A DNA stretch of 64,000 nt. Origin: Myxococcota bacterium. GTDB lineage: Bacteria > Myxococcota > UBA4151. The notes beneath the pieces are model-generated. The model did not search any database. It was not told where the DNA came from and saw only the letters and a list, made by a program, of their open reading frames with translations. The position numbers and the translations under genes are program-made. The stretch lies in NCBI GenBank assembly GCA_040260805.1, contig JBDQPD010000001.1, positions 9,048-73,047 of the forward strand. The letters run 5' to 3'. Below, in pieces: positions 1 to 9,288 of this stretch (position 1 is the first letter of the stretch; each line of letters opens with the position of its first letter).

Positions 1-23
1 CTCGAACGAGTCGGGGGACCGTA

Positions 24-1121
24 ATGCGCGTTGAAGCACCAGTCTTTGCATTTGAACCGACGAAACTAAAGACCACGCAGCCGGCGCGATCCGCAAAGTT
101 TGAAACTGTTTTGGCTGAGCGAGTAGCGCCGCAACGCAACGAAGCTGCGAGCGCACCGGCAGCCCTTGACGCAAGCAGCGAAGTAGAGGCTGAAGAGCCC
201 GCTCACGATAACGAGCTGGGTGATATGGTTGATGACCAACCAAGCCAACAAGCCCAAGGCGATGAGGCGGGCGAGCAGTCCGAACAAGAAGACGCCAATT
301 TTTCAGCAGAAATGATCGATGAAATGACGCTTGAGGAGCTTGAGTTCGCGTCGGGCGAAGACCTCCTTATTCAAGACACTGACCTTCTCGAAGCCCAAGC
401 CTTGGCGGCTCCGTTGGCCGTTGCGATTCCTCTCGAAGCGCTCACCGAAGCCGGCACGCTGCAGCGAACAGAAGCTCCGCTCGCTAACGCCTGGTCACAG
501 GCATTTAGCGCCCAGCCCGTTGAGGCGGACGTGGTCAACCCCGATGCTGCGCTGCTCAGCGCTGAAGAGCAATCGAGTCAGCTGATAGCGACTGCAGAGT
601 TGTCGGGGGGAAGCGTTCGATTGCCTGAGGGCATGGTGGCCATCCAGCCAGAGCTTTTGGCGCCGCTTGACTTGGCAAAACCTCAAGCGATGGAACGGCT
701 TCAGGATTTGGTCGAGTTCCAAATACGAGCGAGCAAGAGCCCCAATGGAGCCAAGCAGCTCAGCTTGACGCTCAACCCCGAGGGGCTCGGTAGGTTGCGG
801 ATTTTAGCGCAAACCGACGGCGATAAGATGCGGGTCATGCTCAAGGTTGAGCAGGGTGATGCGGCTCGGTTGATCGAGCGAGTGCTGCCCCACCTTGAGG
901 CGCAGATCGCAGCCTCGGTGGCGATGCCTGTTGAGTTCGAGTTGGTTCAAGAAGAGATCTTAGGAAACGATGCTGGCCTTCAACTCGGTGAGTTTGCCGA
1001 CCAAGAAGGCGATTCAGAGCAAGCTGATTCTGGCGAGGAAGGTGACCTCGTCGATCAGTGGACCAAACACCTAGAAGAGCCTGTACTTGATCTAGGTCAA
1101 ACCCTTCACGTGGTGGCTTGA
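24..1121 (+). CDS. fliK: Flagellar hook-length control protein
   Basis: Acidic low-complexity N-terminus; C-terminal FliK-type segment LSLTLNPEGLGRLRI; directly upstream of flgD. Confidence 0.8.
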   Translation: MRVEAPVFAFEPTKLKTTQPARSAKFETVLAERVAPQRNEAASAPAALDASSEVEAEEPAHDNELGDMVDDQPSQQAQGDEAGEQSEQEDANFSAEMIDEMTLEELEFASGEDLLIQDTDLLEAQALAAPLAVAIPLEALTEAGTLQRTEAPLANAWSQAFSAQPVEADVVNPDAALLSAEEQSSQLIATAELSGGSVRLPEGMVAIQPELLAPLDLAKPQAMERLQDLVEFQIRASKSPNGAKQLSLTLNPEGLGRLRILAQTDGDKMRVMLKVEQGDAARLIERVLPHLEAQIAASVAMPVEFELVQEEILGNDAGLQLGEFADQEGDSEQADSGEEGDLVDQWTKHLEEPVLDLGQTLHVVA

Positions 1122-1122
1122 T

Positions 1123-1788
1123 ATGCCGATTTCAGCGAGTCAGACCGATTTTCTTTTGCAGCCTGGTAACCGCCCACAAGATGTGGCGAAAAAGGACCTC
1201 GACCGTGAGGCGTTCCTAAAGTTGCTGGTGGCGCAGCTCAAACATCAAGATCCGCTCGAGCCGATGGAAGATGTCCAGTTCATCTCTCAGCTCACGCAGT
1301 TCTCGAATCTTGAGCAGGTGATGAAGACCAACACGAAACTCGATGAGTTATCGATCGCTGCTGGCGCTGAGATTTCGAGCCAAGCGGTCAATATGGTCGG
1401 TCGTACAGTGGTCGTTCCTGGTGATCGCTTGACGCTGCCCGAAGAGGGTGAGGTTGAACTCAAGATTGAGGTGCCGACGACGATCGCTGGTGGTGAGGTT
1501 GCGGTGTTTAGCGAAGAGGGCCGTTTGGTCCGACGCATCCCGCTTAATCCTTCCAACGTGGGTCGCGGCTCGGCTATGTGGGATGGTCGCGATGAGCAAG
1601 GCGTTCGTATGCCGCCAGGCGAATATACAGTGCGCGCAACCGGCGTGACCCCGTCAGGGTCAGAAATTCAGATGGGTGTGCTTGCGCCTGCGCGGGTTGA
1701 CGCAGTGGTCTGGCAAGAGGGGGTACCGATGCTGCGCATGGCTGATCGGCTGGTTCCTTTGTCTTCGGTGCGCGAGGTTTGGGAATAG
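1123..1788 (+). CDS. flgD: Flagellar hook capping protein
   Basis: FLKLLVAQLKHQDPLEPM...FISQLTQFSNLEQ and WDGRD...G.Y motifs. Confidence 0.95.
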   Translation: MPISASQTDFLLQPGNRPQDVAKKDLDREAFLKLLVAQLKHQDPLEPMEDVQFISQLTQFSNLEQVMKTNTKLDELSIAAGAEISSQAVNMVGRTVVVPGDRLTLPEEGEVELKIEVPTTIAGGEVAVFSEEGRLVRRIPLNPSNVGRGSAMWDGRDEQGVRMPPGEYTVRATGVTPSGSEIQMGVLAPARVDAVVWQEGVPMLRMADRLVPLSSVREVWE

Positions 1789-1822
1789 CCGAACCGCTCG
1801 AACCGGCACCACGATAACTATG

Positions 1823-1857
1823 CGGGCTCGTTTGGTTAGCGAGTTCGTCATTTTTTT
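1823..1857 (+). terminator. Putative intrinsic terminator after flgD
   Basis: CGGGCTCGT..GCGAGTTCG stem (with G-U pairs) followed by TCATTTTTTT. Confidence 0.5.
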
Positions 1858-1935
1858 GGCTCATCTCCTCGATAAAATAGCGATATTTCCGATAAATAAA
1901 GCGCTTAATGCTAAACTTGAACAGCGCTCGACCCG

Positions 1936-2367
1936 TTGTCTGAATCGGTCCCATTTTGGAGCATTGATCGTTTGGACTCGCTTCGGTTGATTCAGCCACC
2001 TCAACGCGTCGAACCTAGATCAGGTGAACCGAGGGTTCATGGGCGCGCTGGCGTAGGATCAGCATTCTCCGAGGTGCTTGCGCGCGCCGTGGCGCGCCGT
2101 GAGCCTGTTCATGTGGGCGCCGAAGTTCGCGATCGCTTGCAGCAAAACGGTGTCGAATGGACCCCTGAACTCCAAGGACAGCTTGGCGAGGTGATGGGGC
2201 GCTTTGTTCAGCGTGGAAACAGCCGCGGTTTGGTCATGCACGATGAGCGTGCGTTCGTGCTTTCAGTCCCTGAGCGCGAGCTTGTGGATGTGGTGAGTGC
2301 GCGGGACCTAGGGACCGCTGTAGTGGATGGAATTGACGCTTTTGCCTTGGTGGCGAGAGAATTTTAG
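1936..2367 (+). CDS. Flagellar operon protein (TIGR02530-like), divergent
   Basis: Sits between flgD and flgE; pattern RLQQNGV..GLVMHDERAFVLSV..VVDGIDA resembles the family; TTG start uncertain. Confidence 0.65.
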   Translation: MSESVPFWSIDRLDSLRLIQPPQRVEPRSGEPRVHGRAGVGSAFSEVLARAVARREPVHVGAEVRDRLQQNGVEWTPELQGQLGEVMGRFVQRGNSRGLVMHDERAFVLSVPERELVDVVSARDLGTAVVDGIDAFALVAREF

Positions 2368-2377
2368 GAGGGCGTTT

Positions 2378-3661
2378 ATGTCCCTGTTTAGTACTTTGTA
2401 TATCGGCGTTTCGGGCATGTCTACGAACGGATCAGGCATTGAGATCGCTGGTGACAATATCGCCAACGTGAACACCGTTGGGTTTAAGCGCACGCGCGCA
2501 AACTTTGGTGACGTCATCAAGGAGTCTCTTGAGTCGTCGGGGTCGTCGTCCGGCATCGGCTCGGGTTCAGTCTTGCTCGGCGTTTCGCGAATGTACGCTC
2601 AGGGTGCCATGGTGGGCACAGGAAACAATCTCGACCTCGCCATCTCCGGCGAAGGCTTCTTTGTGGTCAACGCCAACGCTGGCATCGATGACGTGACTCT
2701 GGCTTACACGCGCGCTGGGCAGTTCAGCATCGACAAGGATGGATTCATTGTTAATGAATCCAACTATCGCCTCCAGGGGCATATCGCCGATGCGGACGGG
2801 AACCTCACGCGTACCGTCTCGGACCTGAAGATCGCCCTTGAGAACATTCAGCCCAAGGCGACCAGTGACATCGCCTTGAAAATGAACCTCGATAACCGGG
2901 TCCCGATCAACGCCAACTTTGACCCCAACGACGCCGACACCACCAGTGACTACACCGCCACCGTGACCATCTATGATTCAGTCGGTAAAGCCTACGATGC
3001 GCGAGTGTACTTCGAGCACGTCAACCCAGTGGCGCCCGCCGCCGACAGTTGGGATGTGCACGTCATGGTTGGGAACAATGAAGTACTGACCCACCAGCTC
3101 GGTTTTGATAACACCGGCGCGCTCGTGGTGTCGAACCGTGCCGGCGGTAACTGGAACCCTGACGCCCCCGCCGCGCAGAATGTTGCGCTCACCTTTGACC
3201 CCGGCTTGCTGCGCAACCCGCCGGTGACGTCAGGCCTTGAAGGTATCACGTCATTCGCAAGCCCATCGACGGTGCTGAGCCAAAGCCAGGACGGTTTTGC
3301 GGCGGGCTCTTTGGTCGGCATCGACATCGACAAACAGGGAGTGATGAACGCTCGTTATTCCAACGGTCGAACCTTTCAGAGCGGCCGCGTGATCTTGGCG
3401 AAGTTCAATTCGAAAGACGGATTGCGTCGCGTCGGAGATAATCTCTACCGGCAAACTCAAGAGTCGGGCCCTGCAGCGCTCGCCGAAGCCGCCACCGGTG
3501 GTCGCGGTGTGGTGCACCAGGCGACGCTTGAGCAAAGCAACGTCGATATCTCTGAGGAGTTTATCGATATGATTCGATTCCAGCGTGCGTTCCAGGCGAA
3601 CTCACGCACCGTGACGACGACCGATGAATTGTTGGTCGAAGTGGTCAATCTGAAGCGCTAA
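2378..3661 (+). CDS. flgE: Flagellar hook protein
   Basis: GDNIANVNTVGFK, TGNNLDLAISGEGFF, YTRAGQF, LEQSNVD...QRAFQANSR; SD AGGAGG precedes ATG at 2378. Confidence 0.95.
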   Translation: MSLFSTLYIGVSGMSTNGSGIEIAGDNIANVNTVGFKRTRANFGDVIKESLESSGSSSGIGSGSVLLGVSRMYAQGAMVGTGNNLDLAISGEGFFVVNANAGIDDVTLAYTRAGQFSIDKDGFIVNESNYRLQGHIADADGNLTRTVSDLKIALENIQPKATSDIALKMNLDNRVPINANFDPNDADTTSDYTATVTIYDSVGKAYDARVYFEHVNPVAPAADSWDVHVMVGNNEVLTHQLGFDNTGALVVSNRAGGNWNPDAPAAQNVALTFDPGLLRNPPVTSGLEGITSFASPSTVLSQSQDGFAAGSLVGIDIDKQGVMNARYSNGRTFQSGRVILAKFNSKDGLRRVGDNLYRQTQESGPAALAEAATGGRGVVHQATLEQSNVDISEEFIDMIRFQRAFQANSRTVTTTDELLVEVVNLKR

Positions 3662-4556
3662 TCGCTGAGCTAGTCGCTAACTTTAGTGCAGTTTCGAAGG
3701 CGATGCGGGTGCTCCCCGGATCGCCTTCGTTGTTTTTAGCCAAGTCGTACCCGGTGCCATGGTCTGGGCTGGTGCGTACAAAAGGTAAACCGAGCGATAT
3801 TTGGCAGGCGCGGTTGGCGGTTAAGGCTTTGAAGGGCGCAAGACCTTGGTCGTGATAAAGCGCGAGGATGGCTTCTGCGTCGTCCCAGCGAGCGAACAGC
3901 CCATCGGCGGGTACAAAGCCTCGGCAAGGGATACCGTCGTCCTGAACAGCGCTCAGCGCACAAGCCCAACCAAGCTCTTCTACTCCGAGCATCCCTTCTT
4001 CACCTGCGTGGGGGTTCAACCCGCACACTGCGATGGGCTTACCGCTCGCTTGATGCAGAGCTTGAGCAGCATAGCGCAAGCGTTCGGGAGTAATAGCCTG
4101 GGGAACTTGGTGCAGTGCGATATGATCGGTCACCAGACCAACCCAGCGCTCGCCCGAGCGAAAGCTCATCACAAGTTCCGATTGCGGGTAGCGGGCGCGA
4201 AAAAGTTCGGTATGCCCGGCGTGGTCCATCCCTGCGGATCTAAGCTGCGCCTTGTTCACCGGTAGGGTCACCAGCGCGTCGGCGGCGCCTTGGTCCATGA
4301 CGTCCAGAGCTTGAAGCAGGGCATCGGCTTGAATCTGCGCACCTACCTGGCAGGGGACTCCGGGCTCTGTCTGACCGTCTTGGGTACCAATTAGTCGCCG
4401 ATTAGAGCGCTCTATGATGCCCAGGTCGCGCCAGAGCTGAGGCGGCCCGGTCAGCAGCGTAGTCCAAGCCTTCGCTGGAGCTGAGTTCAACACCTCTACA
4501 GCCAGTCTGGGGCCAAGGCCTGAGGGGTCCCCGCAGCTGACGACGATCGTGGTCAT
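3645..4556 (-). CDS. pdxA: 4-hydroxythreonine-4-phosphate dehydrogenase
   Basis: GDPSGLGP, GHTE, GLNPHAGE, YHDQGL, RTSPDHGT motifs. Confidence 0.95.
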   Translation of the reverse strand: MTTIVVSCGDPSGLGPRLAVEVLNSAPAKAWTTLLTGPPQLWRDLGIIERSNRRLIGTQDGQTEPGVPCQVGAQIQADALLQALDVMDQGAADALVTLPVNKAQLRSAGMDHAGHTELFRARYPQSELVMSFRSGERWVGLVTDHIALHQVPQAITPERLRYAAQALHQASGKPIAVCGLNPHAGEEGMLGVEELGWACALSAVQDDGIPCRGFVPADGLFARWDDAEAILALYHDQGLAPFKALTANRACQISLGLPFVRTSPDHGTGYDLAKNNEGDPGSTRIAFETALKLATSSAISASD

Positions 4557-5432
4557 TTAGGGGAGCAGTTTGACCAGCGCTCGCTGACGCGCTTGGCGCA
4601 GGGTCTCCGCTAACGCTTTACGCGCATTTTGCTGACGAAGGCTGTTGCGGAGTTGCTCGCGTTGGGCGTCGTTTTCAACTTCTCGGCGAATGGCCACGAT
4701 GTGGATCAGATGGATCCCAAAAGCCGAACGGACGGGACCGACAACGGCACCTTCTTGTCCAGCAAAAGCGCTCTTTTCAAAAGCTGGGTCGGTGAGGCCT
4801 CGGCCGATCCAGCCCAGATCTCCGCCATTACCCGCGCTTGGGTCTTCGCTGTTCGTCTTGGCGAGCTCTGCAAAGGTTTCACCTGACCCCAGTCGGGTCT
4901 TGAGCGCCTCTGCGCGACCTCGCGCATCGTCGACTTCCCAGTCCTTGGCGTTGGGCTCTAACCGCAGCAAGAGATGGCTGAGTCTTCGTTGTTCGACCAG
5001 TTTAGGTTGCCTCGCCATCGCTTGTTTGAGCTCGCGGTCAGTGACTTGCGTGCCGCGCGCCATGATCGCTCCCATGATTTGACGTTCAATCAATTGCTCT
5101 TTGAGTTCGGTTCGATATTGCTGCCAGCTGCGTCCGCTTGCCTGAACGGCTTGCATCAAGGTCGCAAGATCAGGAATTTTATTACGGGTTCTGATCTGCT
5201 CAACCGCTTGATCCAAAGCGGCCTCATCGACCTCAATACCGCGGCGTTTCGCCTCGGCGAGTAAGAGGCGTTTTTCGATCAATTGTTCGATCGCCGCTTG
5301 GGTGTCGCGACTCGCTCCGAGCTCGGATGCTAGGATCGGCTGCCCATCGACCACGGCTACAATTCGGTCAACCAGCAACTCGGAGCCCGGCAAAGCAAGG
5401 CTGATGATCAGTGGAACAATCGGAAGGATCAC
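4557..5432 (-). CDS. surA: SurA-like chaperone/parvulin PPIase
   Basis: Signal peptide, VDRIVAVVDGQPIL N-domain, rotamase SEDPSAGNGGDLG...FGIHLI; lies upstream of pdxA. Confidence 0.75.
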   Translation of the reverse strand: MILPIVPLIISLALPGSELLVDRIVAVVDGQPILASELGASRDTQAAIEQLIEKRLLLAEAKRRGIEVDEAALDQAVEQIRTRNKIPDLATLMQAVQASGRSWQQYRTELKEQLIERQIMGAIMARGTQVTDRELKQAMARQPKLVEQRRLSHLLLRLEPNAKDWEVDDARGRAEALKTRLGSGETFAELAKTNSEDPSAGNGGDLGWIGRGLTDPAFEKSAFAGQEGAVVGPVRSAFGIHLIHIVAIRREVENDAQREQLRNSLRQQNARKALAETLRQARQRALVKLLP

Positions 5433-6343
5433 GGCGTCTCCATGGCGCTACTCAGCGTCCGCTCAAGGGCTGCTAGCGCGCCCGGCACCTTGCGAATCTT
5501 CGCGGCGCCGCGCAAGCGTGCGATCAACTGACCTTGTAAAGCGCCCTCGCGCGTTCTGAGGATGTCTCGCTGTGCTCGGTCATCCGTTGGCTTGCCTTCG
5601 GCTTCTCGGCGCTCGAGCCTGAGGACGTGCCATCCGTGCTCACTGCGCAGCGGCTCGCTGACCTCACCCAACTTTAGGCTGAAGGCTTGGTCAAAAACAG
5701 GGGGGAGCTCGCCTCGGCTAAATGCCGGCAAAATACCGCCTTGGTCGGCTTCGGGGGCGCTGCTGAAACGGCGCACCAGATCGGCAAATGAAAACCGCTT
5801 TTTGCGGAACAAGCCGAGCGCTTCAGTCGCTTCGCTTTTGCTCGCCGTGAGCAGATGCCGTACCACCACCTTTTCTTCGGTAGGGTGTTTGGCGACCCAC
5901 GCATCGATGGCTTCACGAGAGATCGGCTGGCTAGCTGCTTCTTTGCCGAGCAGCAGCTCGGCGAGCATGCGCAATTGAACGCGCTGCTTTAGATCCGTAT
6001 CCTGAAGCGCTAAGCGGTCTAAAGTGCGCCGGAAGCGGTGGCTTGGATAGCGACGCTGAAGGGCAGCAAGCGCACGAGTTAGCGCATCTTCAGAGGGGCT
6101 AATTCCCTGCTTCTGAGCCTCTTCGGCCAGCAACCTCAAATCAATCTCATCTTCGAGCAAGCGCTCAAGAATGGGCAACCAGTCGGTTGGTGTGAGCTCC
6201 CCATATTGCCGCAATGCGCGCAGCATCAGGGCGTGACCCTCGATCGGTTGGTCCCCAAGATAAGCGATGACCTTAGGCGCAGCTGCAGGGCCTGCCGGCT
6301 CGCAGCCGGCAAAGGCGATCAGGCTGAGCAGGACGAGGCGCAC
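5429..6343 (-). CDS. Parvulin-type PPIase lipoprotein
   Basis: Lipobox FAGC; rotamase FSSAPEADQGGILP...SEHGWHVL. Confidence 0.85.
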   Translation of the reverse strand: MRLVLLSLIAFAGCEPAGPAAAPKVIAYLGDQPIEGHALMLRALRQYGELTPTDWLPILERLLEDEIDLRLLAEEAQKQGISPSEDALTRALAALQRRYPSHRFRRTLDRLALQDTDLKQRVQLRMLAELLLGKEAASQPISREAIDAWVAKHPTEEKVVVRHLLTASKSEATEALGLFRKKRFSFADLVRRFSSAPEADQGGILPAFSRGELPPVFDQAFSLKLGEVSEPLRSEHGWHVLRLERREAEGKPTDDRAQRDILRTREGALQGQLIARLRGAAKIRKVPGALAALERTLSSAMETP

Positions 6344-6346
6344 GTT

Positions 6347-7462
6347 TTATTTAGTGGGTTTGACCACTCCCTTACCGGGGGTGATCGTGACCGACTTCTT
6401 GCCGTGCGAGTGACCGTTTTGACCGTTGACCTGCCCCGAATGACCCTTTTTGCCGTGCGAGTGGCCGAAGTGACCAGCGCCTGGAGGACGAATCCCAGCA
6501 GGAGGGGGAGCTTTGCCAGCCTTGGGTTTAGCGATTTTGATCGACTCCAAAGCTGCGTCGTCAAGTTTGTACTCGGTTTTAGCGCGCAGCTCTTCGAGGA
6601 AGCTCTTCATCGTGTCGCGACGTTGCTTGCGATAGATCCGGTGACGGATCTGCTCTTTGACGTCCTTGAAGTCCTGCGAGTGAGCATGGCGTCGTCCGGT
6701 CAGCCGGAAGATATGCCAACCCTCTTTGCCTTCAACGATATCGGTCATCGTGTTGATCTTAGGTAGGTTCCAAACCGCTTTAGCTAGCGCATCGCCAAAG
6801 CGCTCCTGGAGCTGTGGTTCGGTCAGGTAGCGCAAGTCGCCACCGATCGCCTTGGTGCTGTCATCGTCGCTCGCTTCGGCGGCTTGCTTACGAAACAGGC
6901 CGCGGTCCTTTTTGAGGCCGGCTTTGAGCGCTGCTTGAACTTTCTGCAGCTCTTTTTTCGCCACCTCTTTTTTGCCTAAGAACTTCTTGTAGATGTGGCT
7001 GATCCGAACAGCTCCTGGCTTATGATAATCGTCATAGTGGTCATCATAATACTTCTTGGCTTGGACCTCATCGATGGCGTCAAAGTTCGTACGCTCCTCG
7101 ACGGTTCGGCGGCTCAGCTCCTGCGCTAAAGCGCTCTGGAGCGTATCAAGGACCTTCTCATCTTTGTGCAGATTGAGTCGGATCGCCTCTTGAGCGAGCA
7201 ACGCTTTGTCCATCAGGTGCTCGACATACTCTTGGCGACGCTCTTTGCTCTGGTAGCGAGCGCGCACGAAGGGCGTCATACCGTTGATCTTCTTCTCCAT
7301 CGCCTCGACCGTGAGACGTTGGTCACCGATGGTGGCTAAGGTTTTGCCCTCTGCGTTCTCGCTTGCGAACAAGTCGCACGATTCACCTGAAGCGGGCGCA
7401 GCAGCCGGCTGAGGCTGACAGCCGCCTAAGGCGACGGCGCATAATAAGAGATAGCGGTTCAT
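6347..7462 (-). CDS. Parvulin-type PPIase lipoprotein with His-rich tail
   Basis: Start MNRYLLL (SD GGAG), lipobox LGGC; VRISHI..SDDDSTKAIGGDL..GWHIF; C-terminal GHSHGKK twice. Confidence 0.85.
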   Translation of the reverse strand: MNRYLLLCAVALGGCQPQPAAAPASGESCDLFASENAEGKTLATIGDQRLTVEAMEKKINGMTPFVRARYQSKERRQEYVEHLMDKALLAQEAIRLNLHKDEKVLDTLQSALAQELSRRTVEERTNFDAIDEVQAKKYYDDHYDDYHKPGAVRISHIYKKFLGKKEVAKKELQKVQAALKAGLKKDRGLFRKQAAEASDDDSTKAIGGDLRYLTEPQLQERFGDALAKAVWNLPKINTMTDIVEGKEGWHIFRLTGRRHAHSQDFKDVKEQIRHRIYRKQRRDTMKSFLEELRAKTEYKLDDAALESIKIAKPKAGKAPPPAGIRPPGAGHFGHSHGKKGHSGQVNGQNGHSHGKKSVTITPGKGVVKPTK

Positions 7463-7540
7463 GAGCACTCCGTAGTCGAATAGTTGGCGGCGCAGCGGTA
7501 GCAGCGCCGGTGCCATGCATCAATCCCTGAAAGGCGAGCT

Positions 7541-8080
7541 TTATTCCTGCTGCGAAGGCGGTCGGTTAAAGTTCTTCAAGCGTTCAGGGGCGATTCCGAG
7601 ATCAGCCGGGTTGATCCGCGCCGCACGGAGCGCTTTGAAGCAGGCTTTTAAAGAGGCACCTTTTGTCTCTAAAAAAGACCGCTCAACGATGCAGGGCAGG
7701 GTCGCCCTCGAATCGCCAAGAATTGAGCACCCAGGCGGCGCAGAGCCCAGAAAGCCGCCAAGGTCTTCGGCGGTCAAAAGCGGCATATCCACGGCGATCA
7801 CTAAGGAGCGCTTTGCGTTTTCACAGAGCCAGTAGCGCAAAGCTTCGGCGGGGCCTTCGCCAGGATCGCTGCTCACTTCGACACCCTGATCTAAGCGCGA
7901 CCAAAACCGGTGCGGGTTACGGCCAGCGAGCAGAACGATCCGTCCGCAATGAGGTTTGAGCTGCGCAATCGCATGATCGATCATCGCTGTTTCATCGATC
8001 GTATCGAGCGCTTTGTCGGCACCGTAGCGCTTCGATTCGCCTCCGCAGAGGATTAAACCTGTGATTTGAGATGATCCCAT
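7541..8080 (-). CDS. mobA: Molybdenum cofactor guanylyltransferase
   Basis: GLILCGGESKRYGADKA, GP, AVDMP, terminal NFN motifs; adjacent to moeA; SD GGAGG. Confidence 0.85.
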   Translation of the reverse strand: MGSSQITGLILCGGESKRYGADKALDTIDETAMIDHAIAQLKPHCGRIVLLAGRNPHRFWSRLDQGVEVSSDPGEGPAEALRYWLCENAKRSLVIAVDMPLLTAEDLGGFLGSAPPGCSILGDSRATLPCIVERSFLETKGASLKACFKALRAARINPADLGIAPERLKNFNRPPSQQE

Positions 8081-9288
8081 TGAGCCTCCGGAGCGGTGCC
8101 GCAATCGGGACCTTCAAGCGCTAGGTAGGGCTGCAGATCGCCAGCTGACGTTTCGGCGGCGTTTGCGGGACGGTAGATCAAGGCGTCGACCGTGAGCAGC
8201 GAGCTCAAATCGCCTGAACCTTGACGAGCTTTAGCAATCAACCCCTCGGCGCAGAGCCTGGCGCGCAAGAACTCAACGCGCGTCCCCGCCGCTTTGAGCT
8301 GCTTTAAACCACGCGCCAAACGAAGCGTTCGATGCGGGGTCGTTGAGCCCGATAGCGCTTTGATCATCGGGCGAGCAAACAACTCGAAGCTCACCATGGT
8401 TGAGGCTGGGTTACCCGGCAGACCGAGCAAGGTGCAGTCACCAACCTTTGCTGCGGCGACCGGTTTCCCTGGTTTCATGCAGACTTTATAAAAAGTGAGC
8501 CCCCCGCACAGGTCTGAAAGCGCAGACCCGATGTGATCGTGGTCGCCGACGCTGACCCCTCCTGAAAGCAGCACCAGGTCGGCATGATCGATCACGTGGC
8601 GCAGCGCGTGATCCACCTGCGCTCGATCATCGGCTAGATGACCTACCTTTACAATGTCTGCGCCGCTTTGCAGGGCAGCGTGCCGCAGAAAGAGCGCATT
8701 GCTGTCGTAGACCTGACCGGTCTGTCGCTTGGACCCGAGCGGAACGACCTCGTCGCCGGTTGAGAAGATCGCGACCCTTGGGCGTCGGTGACAGGTCACC
8801 TCGCTAAGACCTAATCCAACCAGCGCTGAGAGGTCCGAGCCCCTGAGCGAGACGCCTTGATCGATGAGGTGAGCTCCAGCCTCGAAGTCGGAGCCAAGGT
8901 GCCGGATGTGCCGATCGGCCTTTAGCGGTTGATCGGTTTTGAGAAGCTCACCGTCTCGCTCGCAGTTTTCTTGGATTAAGATCGTATTAGCGCCCTTAGG
9001 AACCACGCCGCCGGTGAAAATTCGTACGGCCTGATCTGCGTTGATCGACCCCTCATAAGGAGCGCCCGCGGCCGATTCACCGACGACATGCCAAGGTCCA
9101 TTACTGGCTAAGACGGCGTAACCGTCCATCGCCGAATTGTCCTCAAAGGGGTAAGCTTCGGGCGCCAGGACATCATGAGCGAGCACCCGACCCAAAGCCT
9201 CTTCGGTGGGCAGCGTCTCGACGCCTCTTGTGGTTGCCTGTGCCAGCAGCTGCCTGAGGGCTTCATCGATCGGCATGAGCGCCATCAT
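8053..9288 (-). CDS. moeA: Molybdopterin molybdotransferase
   Basis: NSAMDGYA, RIFTG, FSTGDE, SGGVSVGDHD, MKPGKP, GLPGNP; true start at the TAATG overlap with the mltD stop. Confidence 0.95.
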   Translation of the reverse strand: MMALMPIDEALRQLLAQATTRGVETLPTEEALGRVLAHDVLAPEAYPFEDNSAMDGYAVLASNGPWHVVGESAAGAPYEGSINADQAVRIFTGGVVPKGANTILIQENCERDGELLKTDQPLKADRHIRHLGSDFEAGAHLIDQGVSLRGSDLSALVGLGLSEVTCHRRPRVAIFSTGDEVVPLGSKRQTGQVYDSNALFLRHAALQSGADIVKVGHLADDRAQVDHALRHVIDHADLVLLSGGVSVGDHDHIGSALSDLCGGLTFYKVCMKPGKPVAAAKVGDCTLLGLPGNPASTMVSFELFARPMIKALSGSTTPHRTLRLARGLKQLKAAGTRVEFLRARLCAEGLIAKARQGSGDLSSLLTVDALIYRPANAAETSAGDLQPYLALEGPDCGTAPEAQWDHLKSQV

